A DNA stretch of 40,650 nt from a bacterium (lineage in GTDB: Bacteria; Patescibacteriota; Minisyncoccia; Phycocordibacterales; UBA9973). A program made the position numbers and the translations under genes. The stretch lies in assembly GCA_037140115.1 (NCBI GenBank), contig JBAXFB010000001.1, positions 1-40,650 of the forward strand, written 5' to 3'. Below are positions 1 through 7,502 of the stretch, piece after piece. The notes beneath the pieces were generated by a model. That model had not been told where the DNA came from, did no database searches, and saw only the letters and a list, made by a program, of their open reading frames with translations. The first letter of the stretch is position 1; each line of letters opens with the position of its first letter.

Positions 1-160
1 TGAATACGTTCTCAAGTCTTGTACTCACCGCCCGTCAAGTCAAGGGAGCCGGGAATACCCGAAGTATCCACATAAGTGGGTCCTAAGGTAAGCTCGGTGA
101 CAGGGACTAAGTCGTAACAAGGCACGGGTAGCGGAAGCTGCTCGTGGAATAATTCAATTT
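1..160 (+). rRNA. rrs: 16S rRNA, 3'-terminal ~160 nt (partial, runs off the left edge)
   Basis: Matches universal 16S 3' motifs: TGAATACGTTC...CTTGTAC.CACCGCCCGTCA (helix 44 region) and AAGTCGTAACAAGG followed by a helix-45-like hairpin CACGGGTAGCGGAAGCTGCTCGTG. The exact 3' end is estimated by alignment from memory to the E. coli tail. Confidence 0.9.
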
Positions 161-377
161 GAAAACTGTCCCGGCATTAATTTATTAATGTTGAAGATTT
201 ATCGAGAGATTTATCTTGATCTCGCCCCGCGAGATTGGACTAATTGAGTCGGTATTGTATGCCTCAATTGAGCATACAATAGTTTGAAAGAACTTAAAAC
301 TTTATGACGATCTGCAAAGACAGATACCAAAAAGCTTTCAAGAACGAAACAAAACAAAGGACAGCAGAAAACAAAAA

Positions 378-406
378 ACACCTAGTGGAAACACTGGGTG
401 TTTTTT
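378..406 (+). terminator. Rho-independent terminator-like hairpin downstream of the 16S trailer
   Basis: ACACCTAGTG-gaaa-CACTGGGTGT stem-loop followed by TTTTTT. Confidence 0.6.
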
Positions 407-422
407 GTTATAATCTCAACAA

Positions 423-938
423 ATGAAACTAAATTATTTTAAATTAGCAGTAAGTATTTTAGCGGTATGGTATTGTTTTTATTACCTTCGCACGATGGAT
501 GACTGGCATTTTATCAGCAGTGTGAATTTAATAATTCACGAGGCAGGGCATTGGATATTTTTTATTTTCGGAGATTTTTTATACATTGCCGGTGGGAGCC
601 TTATGCAACTAATTATGCCTTCATTATTTATTGTATATTTTTTCGGAACTGAGCAGAAATATTCCGGGTCATTGATGTTTTACTGGTTGGCAATTAATTT
701 TTTTAGCGTTGCTCAGTATGCCGGAGACTCGATAGTAATGCAGCTTCCGCTTCTAGGAGGAGACGGCGCTATCCACGACTGGAATCAATTACTTACAACG
801 ATGGGAATTTTAAAAGACACCAAGATAGTTGCTGATATTATATATACTCTCGGGATATTATCAATTATCGCCGGATTATATTTTTCGTTTCAAGCATTTT
901 TGTATTCCAAGCGTTTGGCAGATAGAATAATTTTATGA
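423..938 (+). CDS. Small polytopic membrane protein with HExxH motif (putative membrane zinc peptidase-like)
   Basis: 171-aa ORF, several hydrophobic helices, motif IIHEAGHW. TATAAT at 408-413 lies just upstream of the ATG. Confidence 0.6.
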   Translation: MKLNYFKLAVSILAVWYCFYYLRTMDDWHFISSVNLIIHEAGHWIFFIFGDFLYIAGGSLMQLIMPSLFIVYFFGTEQKYSGSLMFYWLAINFFSVAQYAGDSIVMQLPLLGGDGAIHDWNQLLTTMGILKDTKIVADIIYTLGILSIIAGLYFSFQAFLYSKRLADRIIL

Positions 939-965
939 ATAAAGAAATAGTGTTATAATTCAGCA

Positions 966-1829
966 ATGCCGGAAACAAAGATTAATACAAAAAAAAGACT
1001 AGGAATATTACGTGGTGGGGCAGGAGATCATCATTCCTCTTCTGTCAAAAAAGGCGGAGAGATTCTTTTACATATTCATGAACATTTGAGTGAAAAATAT
1101 AAACCAGTAGATATTTTGGTTGACCGTGATCACATTTGGCATTTAGGTGGATTGCCGATTAGTCCGAGCGAGCTGATGACTAAGGTGGATTTGGTTTGGA
1201 ATACTGCACATAGTAGTTTTTCAAATATTTTAGACAGTCTTTCTGTGCCAAACATAGGAGCTGGTGCTTTTTTTTCAAACATTGATGCCAGTAGGGAGGC
1301 GCTAAGAAAGCACATAGCACAGATTGGTCTGTCTATGCCAAGACGTATAGTTTCCCCCAAAAATGCACGAGATGTCTTTGAAAAGTTTGGTGCGCCATGG
1401 ATTGTAAAAAATTCAAATGAAATAAAGTTAGTAAAAACTTTCGACGAACTTGTAGAAGCAGTAAACAATGTAGAAAATGTAACAGTTGAAGAATTTATCG
1501 CAGGCAAGGTGGCATCTACACATTCTGTAGCAAAATTTCGAGGAGAAGATGTGTATGTTTTTCCAATCGGCAATCACTTTACAAATCTTACATCTGAGGA
1601 TAAGCAAAAAATCACAGCCCATACTAAAGATTTACATAAGCATTTAGGTGCGAAGCATTATTTGCGTGCTGATTTTGTATTAACATCAAAAGGTAAATTG
1701 TATTTGTTAAATATCGAATCCATACCAAATTTGAAAACCGGTTCACATTTTTCTCAAGTTTGTGAATCTGTGGGTGCGAAAATGCATGAGCTGGTGGAGC
1801 ATATGTTCGAGCGCACGCTTGTGTTATAA
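966..1829 (+). CDS. ddl: D-alanine--D-alanine ligase family ATP-grasp enzyme (short form)
   Basis: N-terminus KKRLGILRGGAGDHHSSSVKKG is like Ddl N-domains. ATP-grasp-like C-terminal half (ADFVLTSKGKLYLLNIESIPNL). Confidence 0.65.
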   Translation: MPETKINTKKRLGILRGGAGDHHSSSVKKGGEILLHIHEHLSEKYKPVDILVDRDHIWHLGGLPISPSELMTKVDLVWNTAHSSFSNILDSLSVPNIGAGAFFSNIDASREALRKHIAQIGLSMPRRIVSPKNARDVFEKFGAPWIVKNSNEIKLVKTFDELVEAVNNVENVTVEEFIAGKVASTHSVAKFRGEDVYVFPIGNHFTNLTSEDKQKITAHTKDLHKHLGAKHYLRADFVLTSKGKLYLLNIESIPNLKTGSHFSQVCESVGAKMHELVEHMFERTLVL

Positions 1830-1846
1830 TTCTATTTCATAAAAAC

Positions 1847-3604
1847 ATGAAAATATTCTATACATATTTAAAGAAATATTGGAAGCTTTGCGCGCTTACG
1901 CTTGCGTTGGCATCCATAAACCAAATTTTTTCATTGTTGGATCCTTACATATTTCGTCATGTTATAGATCAATACGCTACCAAACCAGAACTTTACACTC
2001 AGGCTGAATTTTTTAGTGGTGTGGGAGTACTTTTGCTTGCTATTGTCGGAGTAGCCTTTGTTTCTAGAACAGCCAAGAATTTTCAAGATTATTTTTTGAA
2101 TGGTATTACCCAAAGAGTTGGGGCTGATATATATAGTAATGGTATAGCACATGCTCTCTCTCTTCCATATAGTGTTTTTGAAGACGAAAGAAGTGGGGAG
2201 ACTTTGGGTAAATTGCAAAAGGTTCGCCAAGATACAGAAAAGCTTGTTGCCGCATTGGTCAATGTAATCTTTGTATCTTTTGTCGGTTTTATTTTTGTTG
2301 CTATATATGCACTCAGTATATATTGGGGGATTGCACTAGCTTTCTTTGGTACGATTCCAATTATTGCTGGCATGAGTATGCTTTTGTCAAAAAAGATAAA
2401 AAATATTCAGACCACTATAGTGGCCGAGACAGCAGCCCTTGCTGGGTCGACTACCGAGTCTCTTCGCAACATTGAGTTGGTCAAGAGTCTAGGTCTTTCA
2501 AGTCAGGAGATGGGTCGTCTTAATACTACAACTCAAAAAATATTAAAGCTTGAATTAAAAAAACTGAGATATCTTCGCAGTTTAAGTTTTGTGCAGGGTA
2601 CGGTCATAAACTTTGTGCGTACGGCAATTTTATTCTTTCTGTTATATCTTATTTTCAATGGGACCATTTCTTTTGGAGAATTCTTCTCTCTGTTTGTTTA
2701 TTCTTTCTTTGTGTTTGGACCTCTTCAAGAAGTGGGCAACGTTGTTGGTATCTACCGTGAGGCAGAAGCATCCTTGGCTAATTTTGAAAAATTGATGCAT
2801 CTGTCACCGGAGGCGAAAGCAGCCAATCCAGCACATATTGGCTTGGTAAATAAAATAGCTTTCGAAAATGTTTCTTTTAAGTATAATTCAGGCACTGATA
2901 ATGCGCTCGAAGCTATATCATATGAAGCAAAAAAGGGTAAAACTATAGCTTTCGTCGGTCCGTCTGGTTCTGGGAAGACTTCACTTGTAAAACTTTTGGT
3001 TGGGCTTTATACGCCAACTAAAGGTAAAGTATTGTACAACGATGTGTCTTTTGAAGATATAAATAAAGAAGAGGTTCGTTCACAGATAGGATTTGTGACT
3101 CAAGATACACAACTTTTTGCTGGTACAATTCGTGAGAATTTGCTTTTCGTGAGGCCTTTAGCTACAGATGTAGAATGTCTAGATGCTTTAAATAAAGCAC
3201 AATGCCAAAACCTGCTTGCTAGGGGTGGCAAAGGCTTAGATACTGTAATAGGAGAAGGTGGAGTGAAAGTTTCAGGTGGTGAAAAGCAAAGACTTTCTAT
3301 TGCACGTGCGTTATTACGTATACCAAAAATTCTTATATTCGATGAAGCTACATCATCCTTAGATAGTTTAACGGAAGAGGAAATTTCTAAAACTATACGT
3401 GATATTTCAACATCTGATTCCCATATAACCATTTTAATTGCGCATCGTTTATCTACTGTAATGCATGCAGACACCATTTATGTTTTGGAAAAGGGTAAAA
3501 TTGTAGAACATGGAACTCATACAGATTTAATTTCTGCAAAAGGATTATATTATGCTATGTGGCGTCAACAGATAGGAGAGAGGGTAGAAATTAATCGAAA
3601 ATAA
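1847..3604 (+). CDS. ABC transporter, fused permease/ATP-binding (MsbA/exporter type)
   Basis: N-terminal six-TM-like domain. Walker A GPSGSGKTS, ABC signature VSGGEKQRLSIARAL, Walker B ILIFDEATSSLD. Confidence 0.92.
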   Translation: MKIFYTYLKKYWKLCALTLALASINQIFSLLDPYIFRHVIDQYATKPELYTQAEFFSGVGVLLLAIVGVAFVSRTAKNFQDYFLNGITQRVGADIYSNGIAHALSLPYSVFEDERSGETLGKLQKVRQDTEKLVAALVNVIFVSFVGFIFVAIYALSIYWGIALAFFGTIPIIAGMSMLLSKKIKNIQTTIVAETAALAGSTTESLRNIELVKSLGLSSQEMGRLNTTTQKILKLELKKLRYLRSLSFVQGTVINFVRTAILFFLLYLIFNGTISFGEFFSLFVYSFFVFGPLQEVGNVVGIYREAEASLANFEKLMHLSPEAKAANPAHIGLVNKIAFENVSFKYNSGTDNALEAISYEAKKGKTIAFVGPSGSGKTSLVKLLVGLYTPTKGKVLYNDVSFEDINKEEVRSQIGFVTQDTQLFAGTIRENLLFVRPLATDVECLDALNKAQCQNLLARGGKGLDTVIGEGGVKVSGGEKQRLSIARALLRIPKILIFDEATSSLDSLTEEEISKTIRDISTSDSHITILIAHRLSTVMHADTIYVLEKGKIVEHGTHTDLISAKGLYYAMWRQQIGERVEINRK

Positions 3605-3605
3605 T

Positions 3606-4376
3606 ATGAGAGAGCCTGTAATTTGTTTCGGTCAACAACCAAATGGATTTTTCCCAAAGGGTTTTTTCTATGCCAAAGTGGAAACAGCGCGCAAATTGCA
3701 AAAAAAGATTGGCGGAAAAATTGTTTTTTTCTATCATGACTCGGATGCAGACTATCGCGAGACCATTACCATATTTGTGGATCCGAAGACGGGAGAAGAA
3801 GTCCGTCTCAACTTCAACACAAAAAATAAAATACAAAAAAAGTATTCTCCATTATATATCAAAAAGATTTTATCTGAATGGCAAGATGAGATTGTACGCA
3901 AATTGCCTAGATTTATGGATGAAAAATTAATTAATATTTTTAAACAGGCACAAGGTTTGACGGTGGCAGATTTTTGTTTAGATATGTATAAAAGACTAGG
4001 TCTGTTGGATGGTATAGAGGTGATGCGTTCTTCTGACCCTGGTTTTCGTATGAAAGCAGATGATCTTAAGGAATTTTTTGCCGATGTGCCTTACCAAAAT
4101 GAAATAGTTCGTGCGGAAATGTTTAATGGAAAACTCAGACTTCATGAGGGTGGTGGTAAGTATTTTGATATAGAAAGTCCTGCGGTCATAGAGAAATACC
4201 AAAAGAATCCAGCTCGAGATGAACGTTTTGCTTGGATGCAGTCAGTAATTCATGCTACACATTATGTTGCCGGTGTGGGTGAGAATGGGTATCTTAAAAA
4301 AGACAATTTTCCGGATGTGATTTTTGTGGAAAGAGATGCAATCGAAAAGTCTGAGTATGCTTATATTCCAGATTAA
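3606..4376 (+). CDS. Hypothetical protein, possible short BshC-like (bacillithiol cysteine-adding enzyme N-domain-like)
   Basis: 256-aa ORF directly upstream of the bshB/bshA homologs. Motifs CFGQQPNGFFPKGFFYAK and FFYHDSDADYRE recall BshC motifs (GGQQAGLLTGPLYTIHK, FWVAGEDHD) as I remember them. It is much shorter than canonical BshC (~540 aa). Confidence 0.4.
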   Translation: MREPVICFGQQPNGFFPKGFFYAKVETARKLQKKIGGKIVFFYHDSDADYRETITIFVDPKTGEEVRLNFNTKNKIQKKYSPLYIKKILSEWQDEIVRKLPRFMDEKLINIFKQAQGLTVADFCLDMYKRLGLLDGIEVMRSSDPGFRMKADDLKEFFADVPYQNEIVRAEMFNGKLRLHEGGGKYFDIESPAVIEKYQKNPARDERFAWMQSVIHATHYVAGVGENGYLKKDNFPDVIFVERDAIEKSEYAYIPD

Positions 4377-4404
4377 TAATTAATAGTGTATTATATTAGC
4401 ATCT

Positions 4405-5097
4405 ATGAAAAAAATACTTGTATTTGGCGCTCATCCGGACGATATAGAATTTGGCTGTGGCGGGCTTTTAATAAAAGAGAAACAAGAAGGAGCCGAGATT
4501 AAATTAGTGGTGTGTTCTTTTGGTGAGGCTGGTACTAATGGCACCAAAGAAATTCGCAGAAAAGAAGCAGAGGCTGCAGCTCTTTTCCTCGGCGCAGAGA
4601 TAGAGTTTTTAGATTTGGGAGGGGACTGCCACATACAATACAACCCAGAGACTTCCTTTACTCTTGCTTCGGTAATAAGAAATTTTCAACCAAATATTGT
4701 GCTCTCGACATCTCTTGCCGAAAATCAGCATCCAGACCATCTCGCTTTGGCGCAGTCGGTTAGGGCTGCGTGCAGGCTTGCTCGATACGGAGGCCTCAAG
4801 GAATTGAGTGCAAATAAATTTCATGTTATAGATGCGCTTTATTATTATCCGTCTAGCGCTGAATTTTATAAGAATCCAGATATTATAGTGGACGTCTCTC
4901 ATGTATATCCGAAGTGGAAAGAATTAATGTCTTTTCATGAAAGCCAAATGCAAACAAGAAGTTATATCAATATGGTTGAGAGTAGGGCTAAATATCTTGG
5001 GGTGTCGGTTGGTGTCGACTATGCTATTGGTCTTTGGGTCAACGATTCCGTAAGAGTTGACAGTCTTTTTAGTCTTGGTTCCTCTCGAAAATATTAA
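4405..5097 (+). CDS. bshB: PIG-L/LmbE family N-acetylglucosaminyl deacetylase (BshB-like)
   Basis: N-terminal ILVFGAHPDDIEFGCGG motif typical of the LmbE/PIG-L family. Adjacent to the BshA homolog. Confidence 0.75.
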   Translation: MKKILVFGAHPDDIEFGCGGLLIKEKQEGAEIKLVVCSFGEAGTNGTKEIRRKEAEAAALFLGAEIEFLDLGGDCHIQYNPETSFTLASVIRNFQPNIVLSTSLAENQHPDHLALAQSVRAACRLARYGGLKELSANKFHVIDALYYYPSSAEFYKNPDIIVDVSHVYPKWKELMSFHESQMQTRSYINMVESRAKYLGVSVGVDYAIGLWVNDSVRVDSLFSLGSSRKY

Positions 5098-6135
5098 ATG
5101 TCAGAAGATAAAATACTAAAAATAGGCATTGTGTGTTATCCGTCAGTCGGAGGTTCTGGTGTCGTGGCTACGAGTCTGGGTATTGAACTCGCGAAGCTTG
5201 GGCATCAGGTGCACTTCATTAGTTATGATCCACCTTTCAAGTTGGATACTGAGCAGAAAAATGTATTTTTCCATAAAGTTGAAATGACTGGATATTCTTT
5301 GTTTAAGTATCCGGACTATACACTACCTCTTGCAGTAAAGATTGTAGATGTTTCAAAAGAGTACAAACTTGATCTGGTGCACGTGCATTATGCCGTGCCT
5401 CATGCTACTGCTGCACTTCTAGCAAAAGAAATCGCTAAGGAAGAAAAACTGCATTTTCCAAATGTGATAACTACTCTTCATGGTACAGACATTACACTTC
5501 TTGCTAGAGATAAGACGATAATGCCAGTGATCAAATATTCCATAGAAAGTTCTTGCGGAGTGACTGCGGTCTCAGAAAGTCTAAAGAAAGATACTGAAAA
5601 ATTACTCAAAACTACAAGAGATATTCAGGTGATTCACAATTTCTACGACCCAAAAGAAATCACTAAAAGCTCCAGTGCTATACGTAAAATTCTAGGGGTG
5701 GCAGAAAGTGATTTTCTTGTGATCCACCTTTCAAATTTACGTCCCGTAAAGAGGATTCCAGATTTGTTGGAAATAATGCACACAGTGAAAAGTAATCCGA
5801 GAATAAAGTTGTTGATTTTATCTGGGGGTGATTTTTCTCCATACGAAAAAATTGTAAAAGAGTATGGCATAGAAGATAGAATTATAGTAAAAAGTGGTGT
5901 TACAGATATTGAAAATTATATCAATGCGTCTGATATCGGGCTGTATACTTCAGAAGAAGAAAGTTTTGGGATGGGAATATTGGAGACTATGTCTTACGGC
6001 AAGCCAGTATTGGCTACGAATGTGGGTGGGGTGGCAGAATTTATGAGAGATGGCAAGACTGGATTTTTGTTTCCTGTGGGGGCAGTCGAGAAATTCGCCG
6101 AGAAATTATTCAACTTTCTGTGGATCTTGACCTAG
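5098..6135 (+). CDS. bshA: GT4 glycosyltransferase, N-acetyl-alpha-D-glucosaminyl L-malate synthase BshA-like (reading frame breaks near 6103)
   Basis: KIGIVCYPSVGGSGVVATSLGIELAKLGHQVHFIS, TTLHGTDIT and EESFGMGILETMSYGKPVLATNVGG closely follow B. subtilis BshA as I recall it. The ORF ends prematurely, and the C-terminus continues in another frame. Confidence 0.85.
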   Translation: MSEDKILKIGIVCYPSVGGSGVVATSLGIELAKLGHQVHFISYDPPFKLDTEQKNVFFHKVEMTGYSLFKYPDYTLPLAVKIVDVSKEYKLDLVHVHYAVPHATAALLAKEIAKEEKLHFPNVITTLHGTDITLLARDKTIMPVIKYSIESSCGVTAVSESLKKDTEKLLKTTRDIQVIHNFYDPKEITKSSSAIRKILGVAESDFLVIHLSNLRPVKRIPDLLEIMHTVKSNPRIKLLILSGGDFSPYEKIVKEYGIEDRIIVKSGVTDIENYINASDIGLYTSEEESFGMGILETMSYGKPVLATNVGGVAEFMRDGKTGFLFPVGAVEKFAEKLFNFLWILT

Positions 6136-6248
6136 CAAACAAATTAGGGAAAGAAGCAGAGAGTACAGTCATTCATAATTTTTCAAGCAATCAAATGGTG
6201 GAGGAATATATTTCTTACTATAGAAAAGTTTTAAGTATAAAGAAATGA
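6104..6248 (+). pseudogene. bshA: Out-of-frame C-terminal continuation of bshA (…IIQLSVDLDLANKLGKEAESTVIHNFSSNQMVEEYISYYRKVLSIKK*)
   Basis: Reading from about 6104 in the frame shifted by one base gives a typical GT4/BshA C-terminal helix ending at TGA 6246-6248. One extra A in the run at 6103-6105 would restore a ~383-aa protein. Confidence 0.7.
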
Positions 6249-6332
6249 TAGGTACCTTAACTTGCTAAGTCGAAGATGCGTCAAATCGTGGAGCATATTT
6301 TAAAAGAGGCTTCTGTATGATACAATAAAGAT

Positions 6333-6737
6333 ATGAAAAACAGAGTTGTGCATTTTGAAATACAAGTAGACAATCCAGAACGCGCAATGAAATTCTATGG
6401 CGACGTTTTTGGCTGGGAATGGAAAGATTGGAGTTCGGTAACTGGCTCTCCATATTGGGGTATTATGACAGCGCCCATGGATAGCAAAGAGCCTGGGATA
6501 AACGGCGGACTTTTGAAACGTCCATGTCCAGCGCCAAAAGTGGGACAAGGCACCAATGCTTTCGTTTGCACTATCCAAGTGGATAACTTTGATGAAGTGG
6601 CTAAGAAAATCACGGATGCAGGTGGAGTGGTTGCAATGCCAAAAATGGCTTTGGCCGGCATGGCCTGGCAGGGATATTTTCTCGACACCGAAGGCAATAC
6701 CTTTGGTCTTCACCAGTTAGATAAAAACGCAAAATAA
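6333..6737 (+). CDS. VOC (glyoxalase/bleomycin-resistance/dioxygenase) family protein
   Basis: VVHFEIQVDNPERAMKFYGDVFGWEW N-terminus and the C-terminal GYFLDTEGNTFGLHQ are typical of VOC-fold proteins. Confidence 0.8.
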   Translation: MKNRVVHFEIQVDNPERAMKFYGDVFGWEWKDWSSVTGSPYWGIMTAPMDSKEPGINGGLLKRPCPAPKVGQGTNAFVCTIQVDNFDEVAKKITDAGGVVAMPKMALAGMAWQGYFLDTEGNTFGLHQLDKNAK

Positions 6738-7028
6738 ATGTTCAAAGAATACATTGCATATTTGAAAGATAATCCACAAGGTCTATGGTTCAAACGCAAA
6801 CTCTACGGCTGGGGTTGGACGCCAGCGCGCTGGCAGGGGTGGGTAGTTCTTTTGGCCTACGTGGTAGGTCTCGTAAAAATTTTTATAATTGTTGATGCAG
6901 GCTCACATTCGGGGAGTGACACCATGATCAGCATGGCCTTGCCATTTCTTCTTTTCACGGCGCTTTTGTTTTTTGTTTGTTACAAAAAAGGCGAATCACC
7001 TCGCTGGCAGTGGGGTTGGAAGAAGTAG
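6738..7028 (+). CDS. Small membrane protein, unknown function
   Basis: 96-aa ORF abutting the previous stop (TAAATG). Two hydrophobic helices. Confidence 0.55.
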   Translation: MFKEYIAYLKDNPQGLWFKRKLYGWGWTPARWQGWVVLLAYVVGLVKIFIIVDAGSHSGSDTMISMALPFLLFTALLFFVCYKKGESPRWQWGWKK

Positions 7029-7062
7029 TATAATAGTATTTAATTAAATTGTTTTTATCTGT

Positions 7063-7117
7063 AGCGGGTGGTCGCACTCACATATGCACTTATGTTGGAG
7101 TTTCGCCATCACCCGCT
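7063..7117 (+). ncRNA. Candidate small structured RNA element (GC-rich stem AGCGGGTG...CACCCGCT with inner hairpin)
   Basis: An 8-bp outer stem encloses CATA-tgcact-TATG. Preceded by TATAAT at 7029-7034 and followed by a strong terminator at 7138-7178. No family recognised. Confidence 0.25.
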
Positions 7118-7137
7118 TCAAATGAAAATAATAAAAT

Positions 7138-7178
7138 AAAAAATCCAAAACAAAATTTTGTTTTGGATTTTTTATTTT
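7138..7178 (+). terminator. Rho-independent terminator (perfect palindrome ATCCAAAACAAAA/TTTTGTTTTGGAT plus T-run)
   Basis: 13-bp self-complementary arms at 7143-7168, flanked by an A-run and a T-run. Confidence 0.7.
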
Positions 7179-7352
7179 TAAGAGTTATCCCCAGTTTTAC
7201 AAAAAATACATTGTGTTGTGTTCTTATATACGCGATAATTAAGATGTTTCCGAAGCAATAAATATTTTGGTCGTTTTATTGCACACCCTCGGCCGTAAGC
7301 CTATGGGCGAGGCTCACATTAGTAAGTTAATCTCGTGTAAGAGCAAAATCAT

Positions 7353-7433
7353 ATGGCAGCAAAAAAGAAAAAGAGAGTAGCAAAGAAGACAGCGAAAAAG
7401 GCAAAGAAGAAGACTACAAAGAAACGAAAATAG
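7353..7433 (+). CDS. 26-aa lysine-rich small protein MAAKKKKRVAKKTAKKAKKKTTKKRK
   Basis: ATG 7353, TAG 7431-7433. Its own terminator lies 20 nt downstream. Below the size cutoff of the ORF track. Confidence 0.45.
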   Translation: MAAKKKKRVAKKTAKKAKKKTTKKRK

Positions 7434-7450
7434 TCTTTTCTGTTTTTTGA

Positions 7451-7486
7451 AAAACTCCCCAAAATACGGGGAGTTTTTTATTTTTT
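7451..7486 (+). terminator. Rho-independent terminator
   Basis: CTCCCC-aaaatac-GGGGAG followed by TTTTTTATTTTTT. Confidence 0.75.
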
Positions 7487-7502
7487 GTGCTAGTATATAT
7501 CA

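Noticed and set aside
1130-1622. Antisense ORFs inside ddl, and similar shadow ORFs. Examples: 1931-2373, 3100-3477, 3591-3836, 3643-3930, 3996-4202, 4431-4902, 5643-5870, 6265-6713, 7490-7723, 8577-8798, 9639-9830, 10260-10835, 11739-11972, 12668-13407, 13662-14162, 14466-14989, 15254-15625, 16141-16861, 17504-17773, 18715-19233, 19993-20202, 21876-23514, 26842-27141, 27544-27774, 27939-28124, 28412-28630, 29286-29795, 30852-31358, 31934-32369, 36401-36755, 37377-37902, 38079-39105, 39356-39538
   Set aside because: Each is fully nested in, or antisense to, a longer ORF with clear family motifs. The translations are low-complexity or Ser/Leu/Phe-rich, which is typical of shadow frames in AT-rich DNA.
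7049-7261. 70-aa ORF in the spacer after 6738-7028
   Set aside because: It spans a GC stem-loop, an A/T-rich tract and a perfect terminator palindrome. The translation looks non-protein-like. It is treated as non-coding (possible sRNA).
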